Positions 47,705-58,194 of a stretch of 64,000 bases of DNA are shown piece by piece. The position numbers were made by a program, and so were the translations under genes. The stretch is from an uncultured Alistipes sp. GTDB taxonomy: Bacteria; Bacteroidota; Bacteroidia; Bacteroidales; Muribaculaceae. Under the pieces are notes generated by a model. That model did no database searches. It worked only from the letters and a program-made list of their open reading frames with translations, and was not told the origin of the DNA. Location: positions 175-64,174 of the forward strand of contig CAYTBH010000002.1 of assembly GCA_964435935.1 (NCBI GenBank). Reading direction: 5' to 3'. Positions within the stretch are counted from its first letter, which is position 1. The number at the start of each line of letters is the position of its first letter.

Positions 47705-49378
47705 TTATTCGATGTAGTTGTCAGTGCCCTCCCATCCGGCGTTCTGGGTGAGCACGCCTTCGGAAAGTTGAATCTCAGTTTGGGGAATTGAGAGGAAACC
47801 GCCGGTTTCAGGACGGAAGGTGACATTCTTGGTGCGGGGCACCTTGCGGTCGTAGATTCGGATGCCGGTCTGGTTTTCGGTAATCAGGTGCTCGTCGTGC
47901 CAGCGAAGCAGGTCGTAATAGCGTTCGCCCTCGAAAGCGAGCTCGAAACGGCGCTCGTTCTTAATGTTTTCGAGCGTGGCGGGGAGCGAGGGGAGATTAA
48001 CACGCGAACGCACGCGGTCGAAATAGGCCTGGGCCTGCGAGCATCCGAGCTCGGCACCCATAAGGAGCACGTCGGAGAATCGGATAAGGATGATATCCTG
48101 CGTGTTGTTGAGCTGGAAGTTGGTCTCCGTCATGCCGTAGAGGGGCACGCTGTAGTTAACAACGCTCTGCTTGGTAGCGTCGGAATAGACATTGATGGGG
48201 CAATGCTTCTTATTGATGTAATAGGTCTCCTCGCTTGCGTTGCCACCCCCTTTGAGGTAGAGGCGCATTTCCGCACGGTCGTTGCAGTCGATCACAGAAC
48301 CTTTCTTGCGAATGTCGGCGTCATCCCAGTCCTCCCAGAGTTTGGGGTTGACGGGAGCGAAACCCCAACCTTGACCGAAGGGGAAGGTGTAGGTGTAATT
48401 GCTCTGTCCGCGAACGCCATAGTAAAGGCACACCTGGTTGCACTTCTGGGAAATCACGTCCCAGGTGCCGAGAGTGGAGTATTTGATTGCCATAACCTCC
48501 TCGATATTGCCGTCGCCGGCCCACTGCAGGCCATTCTCGGCTGTGTAGCCATAATCCTGCACATGGCTGTAAGGCCAAAGGTTGCGGTAGTCCGAAAGGA
48601 GCTCGTGGCCGCTATTGGCGATGCAGTCGTCGACAAACGCCTGAACCTGCTCGCGGGTCACTTCGCCGCCGTCGGCTGTGGGGAGGGCGTTGGTGCGGTA
48701 ATAGCCGGTGTAGAAGAGCCATACGCGGGCAAGGAGCGCCTCGGCGGCCCAGCGGGTCATGCGGCCATTGTCGGCGCGGTCCATCGCGTTGACATTCAGC
48801 TCGGGCATCTTGTTGATTGCCGCCAGCAGATCGCTGGCCATGAATGCGTAGGTTTCAGCCGCCGGAGCCTTGGGGAGATTAACTGCCTCAGGCACGGTTA
48901 CAAGGGGCACTTCGCCAAACATGCGCGAGAGGTCGAAGTAGAACCATGCACGCAGCATGCGGGTTTCGCCCTCGACGCGGTCGCGGTGCTCGGCGCTGTC
49001 CCATTCGATGTCGTCGAGAGCTTTGAGCAGGAAGTTGGCGCGATAGATGCCCATATAGCGGCCTCGCCATGTCCAGCGGAACATGTCTTCGCTCGATTTC
49101 TTGAACTGGTCCATCGCCTTGCACGACTTGTCGGCCTGGTCGCCGCCGCCGAAGCAGTTGTCGCTCATGATTTCGGAGATGAAATATGTGAATCCGAGGG
49201 GCTCGGCACGGCCGAGCATCGAGTAAACACCCACGAGGAGCTGGTCGGCATCGTCGGCAGATTTCGGATAATTTGAGGTGTCCTTCTTGGTGAGGTTCTC
49301 GGTGTCGAGAAAGTCCTCGCAACCTGTGAGCCACGCGAAGGCCAGCAATATGGTGAATATGGAAAGAAGCTTTTTCAT
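47705..49378 (-). CDS. susD: SusD/RagB family lipoprotein
   Basis: LTGC lipobox, LRAWFYFDL, RFSDVLL, ERRFELAFEGERYYDL, QNAGW. Confidence 0.95.
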   Translation of the reverse strand: MKKLLSIFTILLAFAWLTGCEDFLDTENLTKKDTSNYPKSADDADQLLVGVYSMLGRAEPLGFTYFISEIMSDNCFGGGDQADKSCKAMDQFKKSSEDMFRWTWRGRYMGIYRANFLLKALDDIEWDSAEHRDRVEGETRMLRAWFYFDLSRMFGEVPLVTVPEAVNLPKAPAAETYAFMASDLLAAINKMPELNVNAMDRADNGRMTRWAAEALLARVWLFYTGYYRTNALPTADGGEVTREQVQAFVDDCIANSGHELLSDYRNLWPYSHVQDYGYTAENGLQWAGDGNIEEVMAIKYSTLGTWDVISQKCNQVCLYYGVRGQSNYTYTFPFGQGWGFAPVNPKLWEDWDDADIRKKGSVIDCNDRAEMRLYLKGGGNASEETYYINKKHCPINVYSDATKQSVVNYSVPLYGMTETNFQLNNTQDIILIRFSDVLLMGAELGCSQAQAYFDRVRSRVNLPSLPATLENIKNERRFELAFEGERYYDLLRWHDEHLITENQTGIRIYDRKVPRTKNVTFRPETGGFLSIPQTEIQLSEGVLTQNAGWEGTDNYIE

Positions 49379-49424
49379 TGTTTCAGAATATTAAGGAGTT
49401 ACTTTGTCAAGCCTTACGCGATAA

Positions 49425-52400
49425 TCAATATTCGATGCTGAGGCCAACCATGTAGGAGCGCGAGCCGGGATAGTAGCCCAGGTCGATTCCCTGAGCCCAC
49501 GAGTCGCCGCCACCATATCCGATTTCGGGGTCCATGCCCGAATACTTTGTGAAAGTGAAGGGGTTCTGCACCGCTCCGTAGACGCGCAGCTTTCTCAGCG
49601 GCAGTTTCGGGAAGAGGTGTTTGAAGTCATAGCCCAGAGTGATGTTGGTGATTCGGAAGTAGTCGCCATCTTCAATGTAGAGGTCGCTGACATACTGCCA
49701 GTTGATTGCCGAGCCGTTCATCGAGGGGAGGCGGTTGGAAGTTCCTTCGCCGTGCCAGCGGTTGAGCATGTCGGTGGTGTAGTTGTCGTAGGGCTTGTCG
49801 GTGCCGCTGCGGTATGAGCGGGCAATCTGGTTGCCGGCCACGCCATAGCTGTTCAGTGCGAAATCAAAGCCCTTGAATCCCAGCATGATGTTGATGCCGT
49901 AGGTGAGGTCGGGATAGGGATTACCGATCGAGGTGCGGTCCTCGGTGTCGATGTTGCCCGAGTTGTTGCGGTCCACGAAAATCACGTCGCCGGGTTTCGC
50001 GTCAGGCATAATGGGCTTCCCGGTGGCGGGGCTGATGTAGTTGTCGATCTGCTCCTGGTTCTGGAAGATGCCGGCTGTCTGGTAGCCGTAGAAGTAACCG
50101 AGCGGGTGCCCCTCCTCGGCGCGGTAGAACGAGGTGGTGTTCTGCGCCAGGATGCCGGCGTTGCCCTCGATGAGGCCGTTGCCGTTGGCGATGCGGAGCA
50201 CTTCGTTGCGGTTGTGGGCCAGGTTGGCGGTGATGCTGTAGGTGAAGTCGCCCACACGGTCGTTCCACGAAACGGAGAGCTCGACACCGGTGTTCTTGAT
50301 GTCGCCGCCGTTCATATAGGGAGCGCCGGTGCCCCAAAGTCCGAGTGCGGTGGGCTGCACGAGCCAGTCGAGCGTTTTCTTTTCATACCAGTCGAATGTA
50401 ACACCCAGGCGTGTGCCGAGGAAACGGGCGTCGAAACCGATGTCGGTCTGGCGCGAGGTTTCCCATTTCAAATCGGGGTTGCTCATGATGTCGGGGTAAG
50501 CGCCGATTGTAGGCTGGCTCTTGTTGTCGCCGAAGTAATACCAGGCGGCATTGGTGGCGTTGCCGAAGGCGATTGTCGAGAGATAGCGGAATGTGGGGAT
50601 GTTGCAGTTGCCGTTCTCACCCCACGAAGCGCGGATTTTGAACATGTCGAGCCATGTCGACTGCGATTCCATGAATTTTTCTGCCGCGAGGTTCCAACCC
50701 ACCGAGAACGAGGGGAAGTAGCCCCAGCGGTGACCGCGGGCGAAGTTCGAGGATCCGTCGGCACGCATGGTTACGGAGGCCATATAGCGGCGGTCGTAGT
50801 CATAGTTCACGCGGCCGAACCAGCTGACGAGCTGGCCGCGGCTCCAGGGAGCGCCCGAGAGGGTTGTCGACCCGGAAGCGATGCTCTTCACGTTGCTGAG
50901 CCAAGCGTACTCAAAGCTGTCGAACTCGCTGTCGCGGTTGCTGCCGTTGAGGTCCTGGCCGATGCCCCACTTTTCGATGGAGTTACCTGCCAGCACGTTG
51001 AGGTGGTGGCCGCTGACGGTGAAGTCATAGCTGAGGGTGTTGTCCCAGCTCCACTGCAGGCCGTTGCCCGAGCCCTGACCCACGCGGTCGGTCTTTGAAT
51101 ATAGCTTTTCGTTGATTTGGTATTTGGGCACATACTCGCGCGAAGTCCAGCCGTTGTAGGCAAAGCCGAAAGTGCTCTTGAAAGTGAGGCCCTTGATGGG
51201 TTCGAGCACGAGGTAGATGTTGCCGCGGGCATTGTAATTGCGGCTCTGCGAGAATGAGCGCAGATAGTACATCTCGGCCACAGGGTTAGTTTCGTCAGTG
51301 TCAATCAGCACCGGCCAAGCATACTTTTCAGGGTTCTCCATCAGCGGGAAGAGGGGCGAGCAGCAGAGCGCGTTGCGCACATCGTTCCAATACATGTTGC
51401 CGGTGCCCTGGGTCATACCGCGGGAGTTAACATAGGCCATGGTGAGGGTCTGGCCGAGTTTGAGGACGTCGCGGGTTTTGTGCTTAACGACGGTGTGCTC
51501 CGAGTTGAAGCGGAGGGTGTAGCGCTCGTAGCGCTGGGTCACGTCGTCGGCCTTAACGCCGATGGTCGGGGTTTCGGAGGTGTAGCTCACACCCATGGAG
51601 TAGGTCGAGCGCTCGCTACCACCGTCGAGGCCGAAGTTGTAGCCCTGCTTGAAACCGTCGTGGGTCTGAATCTCGTCGAGCCAGTTGGTGCCGGTGAACT
51701 CGCCGCTCTGAATCTTATCCCAGAGAGGCACTGCGGCTGCGAAGTCGGCATCAGTGAGGCCGGCCTCCTTCATCAGCTCAACATACTGCTGGGCGTTGAG
51801 GGGGGTAACGGTCTTGGGGATGCTCTGCCAACCGAGATACATATTAAAGTGCGCGTTGATGCGGTCCTTGGTTCCCTTCTTAGTGGTGACAAGAATCACA
51901 CCATTGGCTGCGCGGGCGCCATAGATGGCAGCCGAAGCGGCGTCCTTCAGCACGTCGATGCTCTCGATGTCGTTAGGGTCGAGCAGGTTGAGGTCGCCCC
52001 CGCTCACACCGTCAATCACCACCAGCGGCGAAGAGTTATAAATGGTGCCGAGGCCGCGGATGTTGACCTTGAAACCATCGCCGGCCTTGCCTGAATTCTT
52101 CACGATGTTCACGCCGGGAGCCTGGCTTTGCAGAGCGCCCATGGCCGACATGGTATTCTGGCGGGCAATGTCGTCGCCCTTGACCTGGAGGGTCGCGCCG
52201 GTGACGAGTTTCTTCTGCTGCACGCCGTAACCGATGGCCACGATTTCGTCGAGCACATTCTCGTCGTTTTCGAGGGTTATGTCAATTGTGTTGCGGCCAT
52301 GCACCTTCACAATGGCAGTGCGGTAGCCGAGGAAGCTCGCCTTGATGCTCCCCTTTTCGGGCACTGTGAGCACGAACTTGCCGTCGACGTCGGTTGAGGT

Positions 52401-52592
52401 TCCGTTGGAGGGGTTTCCGTCCTGTGTCACTGTCGCACCGGGGAGGGGCATCCCGTCGCCGGTCACGACGCCGCTCACCTTTATATCCGCGGCGAGCGCC
52501 GATAACGAAACTGCCGGGAGCAGCATGGCGAGCCAAAGACGGCGTGCCATTCCGTGATACCGGCTCATGGCTGATTTAAGAATCTTTTTCAT
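49425..52592 (-). CDS. susC: SusC/RagA TonB-dependent transporter
   Basis: DIESIDVLKDAASAAIYGARAANGVILVTTK, NPDLKWE, C-terminal barrel strand. Confidence 0.97.
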   Translation of the reverse strand: MKKILKSAMSRYHGMARRLWLAMLLPAVSLSALAADIKVSGVVTGDGMPLPGATVTQDGNPSNGTSTDVDGKFVLTVPEKGSIKASFLGYRTAIVKVHGRNTIDITLENDENVLDEIVAIGYGVQQKKLVTGATLQVKGDDIARQNTMSAMGALQSQAPGVNIVKNSGKAGDGFKVNIRGLGTIYNSSPLVVIDGVSGGDLNLLDPNDIESIDVLKDAASAAIYGARAANGVILVTTKKGTKDRINAHFNMYLGWQSIPKTVTPLNAQQYVELMKEAGLTDADFAAAVPLWDKIQSGEFTGTNWLDEIQTHDGFKQGYNFGLDGGSERSTYSMGVSYTSETPTIGVKADDVTQRYERYTLRFNSEHTVVKHKTRDVLKLGQTLTMAYVNSRGMTQGTGNMYWNDVRNALCCSPLFPLMENPEKYAWPVLIDTDETNPVAEMYYLRSFSQSRNYNARGNIYLVLEPIKGLTFKSTFGFAYNGWTSREYVPKYQINEKLYSKTDRVGQGSGNGLQWSWDNTLSYDFTVSGHHLNVLAGNSIEKWGIGQDLNGSNRDSEFDSFEYAWLSNVKSIASGSTTLSGAPWSRGQLVSWFGRVNYDYDRRYMASVTMRADGSSNFARGHRWGYFPSFSVGWNLAAEKFMESQSTWLDMFKIRASWGENGNCNIPTFRYLSTIAFGNATNAAWYYFGDNKSQPTIGAYPDIMSNPDLKWETSRQTDIGFDARFLGTRLGVTFDWYEKKTLDWLVQPTALGLWGTGAPYMNGGDIKNTGVELSVSWNDRVGDFTYSITANLAHNRNEVLRIANGNGLIEGNAGILAQNTTSFYRAEEGHPLGYFYGYQTAGIFQNQEQIDNYISPATGKPIMPDAKPGDVIFVDRNNSGNIDTEDRTSIGNPYPDLTYGINIMLGFKGFDFALNSYGVAGNQIARSYRSGTDKPYDNYTTDMLNRWHGEGTSNRLPSMNGSAINWQYVSDLYIEDGDYFRITNITLGYDFKHLFPKLPLRKLRVYGAVQNPFTFTKYSGMDPEIGYGGGDSWAQGIDLGYYPGSRSYMVGLSIEY

Positions 52593-52674
52593 CAGGTTTA
52601 TGATTGGATTTTGTTTTTTCAGGTATTTGTCGGATGCCGCGGGTCGGGAGCCCGGCGGCCATTATTCACGGTGG

Positions 52675-52682
52675 CAAAGTTA
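52675..52682 (-). promoter_or_regulatory. -7 box of the susC promoter
   Basis: TAACTTTG on the minus strand. Confidence 0.65.
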
Positions 52683-52744
52683 GCAAATCCACAATTAGTA
52701 GTTGTGCCATATATGCGCGTTAAAGTTTGCGCACTGTCGGTAGG

Positions 52745-52777
52745 GTTGCGGAAATGGGGAGATTTGTTGCGAAAATG
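52745..52777 (-). promoter_or_regulatory. Putative HTCS operator (tandem direct repeat)
   Basis: gttgcggaaatg and gttgcgaaaatg with 21-bp period; same motif and geometry at 57145-57177. Confidence 0.7.
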
Positions 52778-52830
52778 TCGCCATATCGTTTTTCTTGCTT
52801 GTAGCCACGCCGCGGTTGCGAAAATGTAGT

Positions 52831-52838
52831 TACCTTTG
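52831..52838 (+). promoter_or_regulatory. -7 box of the HTCS promoter
   Basis: TACCTTTG, with a third operator-like half-site at 52815-52826 immediately upstream. Confidence 0.6.
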
Positions 52839-52901
52839 ACGCGAATACCATGACAACCCCGTAGTCGCTCAAAACGACTATTTTGAACCACAATATATAA
52901 G

Positions 52902-55900
52902 ATGAAGAAAATTACGCCTGCCATCTGCGCGTTAGTCCTTGCGGCAATGTCGCTGGCAGCCCACGCGGCCAACAACCCAGCCACTGTCGAGCGCCCGGCA
53001 ACCCGCGCCGAGGCCGCCCCGGTGACGGGCAAACTGTTTGCCGGCTCAAACTCACACATTAATAAAATATGCCAGGACCACCTGGGTTATATATGGCTCG
53101 CCACAGACTATGGCCTGGCGCGCTTCGACGGCTCGGAGACAATCGTGTTCACCCGCACCGCGGAGGCTGGCTCGCTGCTGAGCAACACCGTGCTTTCGGT
53201 TATGGAGGATAGCGAGAGCAACCTGTGGGTCGGGTCGACCGACGGCATCCAGCGGTTCGACCGCTCGACCCGCACCTTCATCACTCCGCGACTGAGCTAC
53301 CCCAACGTGCCCGACTTCAGCTACGTCAACTCCATCATCGAGGACCGCAAGGGGAACATCTGGTTCACCACCTCGCGCTCGGGGGCGGTGTGCATCCGCA
53401 AGGGGGAGGAGGAGCCCGTGTGCTACATGACCACCAACTCGCCCATCTGCTCCAACAAGACAACCGAACTGTTCGAGGATAGCTTCGGCAACATCTGGAT
53501 CGGCTCGATGGATGCCGGCATCTCCATTTTCAACAGCTCGACGAACACCATGACTCACCTGAGCCATGACCCCGGCGACCCCTCGACCCTCTCGGGCAAC
53601 ATGATTTTCACGATAGCGCAGACCAACGACGGGCGCCTCTTCATCGGCTCGCTCGACGGGGGCATCGACTCATACGACTACCGCACAAACCGGGTGACGC
53701 GCGACGCGGTGAAGGTCAACGGCAATGTGTACATTATGCGTAACTCCCCCACGGAGAACGCGATGTACGTTGGCACCGACGGCAACGGCGTCAAGAAAGT
53801 CAACCTCGCCACCGGCACCGCGTCAAACGTTGAAATCGCCCTCAAGGAGTTTGACATGTCAAAGGCGAAAATCCACGACATACTCACCGACATGCAGGGG
53901 AACCTCTGGTTCGTGGCCTATCAGAAAGGGGCGGTGATGGTTCCCGCCGACACCGACGATTCAGTGACCACTTACACCTACAACCCCTTCTATCCGGCAC
54001 TGAACATCGGCACCGAGCCGGTGTTGTGCGCCCTCCAAAGCCGCGACGGGGCCCTGTGGATCGGCACAGACGGCGACGGCGTTTACCGCTCGCCGGCACC
54101 GGGACGGCCTTTCGAGCATCTTGCCGGGGGAGCCACCGAGGCGAGCGCCATCCTGACCATTTTCCAGGACCGGGCCGGCAACATCTGGGCCGGCAACTAC
54201 CTCAACGGCCTCTCGCGCTACGACCCGGCCTCGAGGAGCTTCAGCACCGTCACAATCCACATTCCCGGCACCCCCGGAGGGCGCGTCAAGGAGGTGAACA
54301 CCATCGCCGAGGCACCCGACGGCAACCTGTGGATCGGCACCAACGGCAACGGCGTGTGCGTCTACAACCCCGCGACCGGGGCTACCCGGTTCTACACCCA
54401 CGACCCGGCCCATCCTGCCGGCTCGCAACTCCCCGGCAACGCCATCCATGCGATTCTCTTCGACGGCGATGGCAAGGTGTGGATCGGCACCAGCGACGCC
54501 GGGCTTACGCGCTTCGACCCAGCCACCGAGACCTTCGAGCACCTATCCACGTCGAATATGCGCCTGAGCAACAACTGCGTCTTCGCCCTCTGCCAGGACG
54601 CATCGGGAGCCATTTGGGCGGCTACCCGCATGGGACTCAACCGCATACACAACGGACGCACCCAGATTTTCAACGAGAGCCACGGGCTGATAAACAACAC
54701 CGTCTACGGTATAGTGCCCGACGGCGACGGCACTCTGTGGCTCAGCACCGGTGCCGGAGTGTCGGCGCTCAACATTTCCACCCTCGAGTTTGACAACTCC
54801 AAGGTGCCCGACATGGTGATTTGCAAGGAATTCAAGCGCGGCTCGGCCTGCCGGGGCACCGACGGGCGGGTTTATTTCGGAGGTGTCGGCGGCATGTTCT
54901 CGTTCCGCCCGACGGCGGCACGCCATCCCCGCGAGCTGCTGCGCCTGGCTCTTAACTCTTTGGAAGTCATGAATAATGGCGACAACGCCACGGGCGTGGC
55001 CGCCTCGGCTCCCGGCCAAGAGCCCGACATACTCAGCATTCCGCTCGATGGCAAGGAGAGCGTGAAACTCACCTACGACCAAAACAGCTTCACGGTGTCG
55101 TTTGGCGCCGTCGAGTTCCTCACTCCCGACCGAGTTGTCTACTCGGTGATGCTCGAGGGGCACGACGCCGGATGGATCACCCTGCCACCGGGGGTGCGCA
55201 CCGCCACATGGTCGAGCGTGCCTCCGGGCGACTACACCCTGCGCCTCAAAGCATCAATCGGCGATTTCCACCCCGCCCAGGCATCGATGGGGCTCTCGGT
55301 GATTCCGCCGATGTATCTCACCTGGTGGGCAAAGGTTCTCTACACGCTCTTTGTCATCGCCATCATCTTCCTTCTTTACCGCATGGCCCGTTGGCGCATG
55401 CGCGAAGCCGAACGCCGTCACCGTCAGCTTGTGCAAGCACAGACTGCCGAACAGAAGCTGCAGTTCTTCACCGACATCTCCCACGAAATCCGCACCCCGC
55501 TCACCATGATACTCTCCCCGCTGGAGACCCTCAGGGAGAAGACCCGCGACAAGCAGGCCCTACACACCATCGACGTGATGAGCCACAACGGGCGGCGCAT
55601 CCTCCGACTCATCGACCAGATTATGGACCTGCGGCGCATCGACAACCATCGTATGTCGCTGTCGGTGAGCCCCGTGCCGCTGCGGGGATTCATCGAGGAC
55701 CTCGCGGGCGCATTTGAGGACGCCGCTTCGCGCTGCGATATCAAGTTCAGCGTCGACATCGACCCCTCGCTCCCCGACGAAGTGCCCATGGATGCCGACA
55801 AGATGGACAAAGTGGTGTTCAACGTGCTTTCAAACGCCTTCAAGTTCACCCCCGCCGGAGGTCGCATCGAGCTATCGGTGAAGCGCCAGGGCGACAGCCT

Positions 55901-57089
55901 GGCCATACGCGTCTCCGACACCGGCCCAGGAATTCCGCCCGAGAGTCGGGAGAATGTGTTCAACCGCTTCTTCCGCGTGGGCGAGGCCTCGGCAGCCGCT
56001 CCGGGCACCGGCATCGGCCTGCATCTCGCACGCGAGCTCTCCAACCTCCACCATGGCTCGATTGCCATCGAGAGCAGTTCGCCGGAGGGGACCACTTTCC
56101 TGATTCTCATTCCATTGACCGACGAAGCCTACTCCGACGACGAGCGTACGAAGCCAGCCGACGCGGCCGACGGCAACGCTTCGGGCGGCAACACCCCGAG
56201 CGTGCCCCGCGACCATCAGGTTGACCTGCCGCCCGACAACCGCCCCCTACCCTCTCCCGACGACCGCGCCAAACGCCACGCCACCGTCCTCATAATCGAG
56301 GACGACCCCTCGATTCTCGAATATCTCGCCCGCGAACTCGCAGATCACTACAATGTGCTCACCGCCCCCGACGGCACCACTGGCCTCGAAACCGCCCTGA
56401 CGCGCCACCCCGACTTAATCATCACCGACGTGATGATGGAGGGCCTTGACGGACTGGAACTATGCCGCAAAATCCGCGCCAACGAGTCAACCTGCGAGAT
56501 TCCCGTGGTCATGCTCACCGCCAAGGTCACCCAGGCGCAACGCAACGAGGGGATTCTCGCCGGAGCCGACGCCTACATCACCAAGCCGTTCAACATCGCC
56601 CACCTGCACAACCGGGTGAACATGCTCATCCAGCAACGACGCGTGATGAAGGAGAAATACTCCGGGGCCACACCCGTGAACTCCGAGGTCGCCTCCATCA
56701 AGTCAAACGACGAACGCATGCTCGAGCGAGTGCGCAAGGTTGTGCTCGACCAGCTCGCCAACCCCGACCTCTCCGTGGAACTCATAGCCCGCGAAATCGG
56801 CGTGAGCCGCTCACACCTGCAACGCCGCCTGAAAGTGTCGGCCAACATCAACCCCAGCGAGTACATAAAGCGCGAGCGCATGCGCCACGCCGCCATGCTC
56901 CTCTCGACAAAGGATGTGGCCGTTTCGGAGGTGGCCTACGCCACAGGATTCTCAACCCTGTCGCACTTCTCGACCTGCTTCCGCGAGCACTTCGGCATGT
57001 CGCCCACGCGCTACGCGGCGCTCCACGGCAAGGGGTCGGCGGGCGCGTCGGGAGGCGACGCTGCCGACTCCTCTGAGCCTCAAATTTAA
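52902..57089 (+). CDS. Hybrid two-component system sensor kinase / response regulator (AraC output)
   Basis: Beta-propeller repeats, Y_Y_Y domain, TM, FFTDISHEIRTPL, GTGIGL, DLIITDVMM receiver, C-terminal AraC HTH. Confidence 0.97.
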   Translation: MKKITPAICALVLAAMSLAAHAANNPATVERPATRAEAAPVTGKLFAGSNSHINKICQDHLGYIWLATDYGLARFDGSETIVFTRTAEAGSLLSNTVLSVMEDSESNLWVGSTDGIQRFDRSTRTFITPRLSYPNVPDFSYVNSIIEDRKGNIWFTTSRSGAVCIRKGEEEPVCYMTTNSPICSNKTTELFEDSFGNIWIGSMDAGISIFNSSTNTMTHLSHDPGDPSTLSGNMIFTIAQTNDGRLFIGSLDGGIDSYDYRTNRVTRDAVKVNGNVYIMRNSPTENAMYVGTDGNGVKKVNLATGTASNVEIALKEFDMSKAKIHDILTDMQGNLWFVAYQKGAVMVPADTDDSVTTYTYNPFYPALNIGTEPVLCALQSRDGALWIGTDGDGVYRSPAPGRPFEHLAGGATEASAILTIFQDRAGNIWAGNYLNGLSRYDPASRSFSTVTIHIPGTPGGRVKEVNTIAEAPDGNLWIGTNGNGVCVYNPATGATRFYTHDPAHPAGSQLPGNAIHAILFDGDGKVWIGTSDAGLTRFDPATETFEHLSTSNMRLSNNCVFALCQDASGAIWAATRMGLNRIHNGRTQIFNESHGLINNTVYGIVPDGDGTLWLSTGAGVSALNISTLEFDNSKVPDMVICKEFKRGSACRGTDGRVYFGGVGGMFSFRPTAARHPRELLRLALNSLEVMNNGDNATGVAASAPGQEPDILSIPLDGKESVKLTYDQNSFTVSFGAVEFLTPDRVVYSVMLEGHDAGWITLPPGVRTATWSSVPPGDYTLRLKASIGDFHPAQASMGLSVIPPMYLTWWAKVLYTLFVIAIIFLLYRMARWRMREAERRHRQLVQAQTAEQKLQFFTDISHEIRTPLTMILSPLETLREKTRDKQALHTIDVMSHNGRRILRLIDQIMDLRRIDNHRMSLSVSPVPLRGFIEDLAGAFEDAASRCDIKFSVDIDPSLPDEVPMDADKMDKVVFNVLSNAFKFTPAGGRIELSVKRQGDSLAIRVSDTGPGIPPESRENVFNRFFRVGEASAAAPGTGIGLHLARELSNLHHGSIAIESSSPEGTTFLILIPLTDEAYSDDERTKPADAADGNASGGNTPSVPRDHQVDLPPDNRPLPSPDDRAKRHATVLIIEDDPSILEYLARELADHYNVLTAPDGTTGLETALTRHPDLIITDVMMEGLDGLELCRKIRANESTCEIPVVMLTAKVTQAQRNEGILAGADAYITKPFNIAHLHNRVNMLIQQRRVMKEKYSGATPVNSEVASIKSNDERMLERVRKVVLDQLANPDLSVELIAREIGVSRSHLQRRLKVSANINPSEYIKRERMRHAAMLLSTKDVAVSEVAYATGFSTLSHFSTCFREHFGMSPTRYAALHGKGSAGASGGDAADSSEPQI

Positions 57090-57144
57090 AATGTCGCAAA
57101 GTCACTTTTATTGATTTTCAACGCTATGCGGGCCCCGCGCGTCA

Positions 57145-57177
57145 CATCCGCGCAACTCCCTGCTACATTTCCGCAAT
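57145..57177 (+). promoter_or_regulatory. Putative HTCS operator upstream of the GH16 operon
   Basis: catccgcgcaac and catttccgcaat, 21-bp period; -7 box TAATTTTG at 57239-57246. Confidence 0.7.
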
Positions 57178-57302
57178 TATTGACGCAACAAAGAGAACAT
57201 CGTACTCATTTTCAAAATAGCCGCGGCGGCTTAATTCCTAATTTTGCAACATCGGTTTTCAGCACTGACCGACCATGAATTTTTGATCACAACCAGAAAC
57301 TG

Positions 57303-58145
57303 ATGAAGAAAACAGCGCAATTAGTCATAGCCGCCGTAGCCCTGGGTGGAATCGCAGTGACAGCGTTCACCGCGATGGCCCGCAACGAGGGTGCCGAGGA
57401 GGAGGAAATCATCATTCCCGAAGGATACTCGCGCCTGGTGTTCCACGACGAGTTTGACACCGACGGGCAACCCGACACCACGCGGTGGAGCTACGAGCAG
57501 GGCTACCTCCGCAACGGCGAGCTACAATATTATACACCCGGGCAGAACGCCTTCTGCCGCGACGGCAACCTCGTGATCGAGGCCCGCGCCGACAGCGCCG
57601 TGATCAACGGCGAGGTGTGCCCCATCACCTCGGCGAGCCTCACCACTAAGGACCGCTCGGCTTGGAAGTATGGCTACGTCGAGGTGCGCGCCAAGCTCCC
57701 CTCGTCGCTCGGCACATGGCCCGCCATCTGGATGATGCCCCAGGAGCAGAGCTACGGACGCTGGCCCCGCTCGGGCGAAATCGACATCCTCGAGCATGTG
57801 GGCTATAACCCCGAAAACATCCACTTCTCGGCCCACACCGAGCGCTACAACCACATGCTCGGCACCCAGCGCACCCATGTGGAGAAAGCGCCCGAAGCCG
57901 TGGGGCAGTTCCACATCTACGGCCTGAAATGGACCCCCGACCGCCTCACCTGGCTCTACGACGGCAAGGAGCTCTACTCCATCGACCGCGAGCCCGACAG
58001 CGACTGGACCACATGGCCCTTCGACATCGACTATTACCTCATCCTCAACCTCGCATTCGGCGGCGGATGGGGCGGCGCTGAGGGCGTTGACATCGCCTCG
58101 CTCCCCCAACGCTACGAAATCGACTACGTCCGCGTATTCCAGTAA
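57303..58145 (+). CDS. GH16 beta-1,3(4)-glucanase (laminarinase type)
   Basis: FHDEFD, NGELQYY, WPAIWMMP, GEIDILE (ExDxxE), IDYVRVFQ; Sec signal with no lipobox. Confidence 0.93.
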   Translation: MKKTAQLVIAAVALGGIAVTAFTAMARNEGAEEEEIIIPEGYSRLVFHDEFDTDGQPDTTRWSYEQGYLRNGELQYYTPGQNAFCRDGNLVIEARADSAVINGEVCPITSASLTTKDRSAWKYGYVEVRAKLPSSLGTWPAIWMMPQEQSYGRWPRSGEIDILEHVGYNPENIHFSAHTERYNHMLGTQRTHVEKAPEAVGQFHIYGLKWTPDRLTWLYDGKELYSIDREPDSDWTTWPFDIDYYLILNLAFGGGWGGAEGVDIASLPQRYEIDYVRVFQ

Positions 58146-58194
58146 TCGCGGCTTGCTTAAAGAAACTGACTAAAACCAAAGAACTCAATACACA

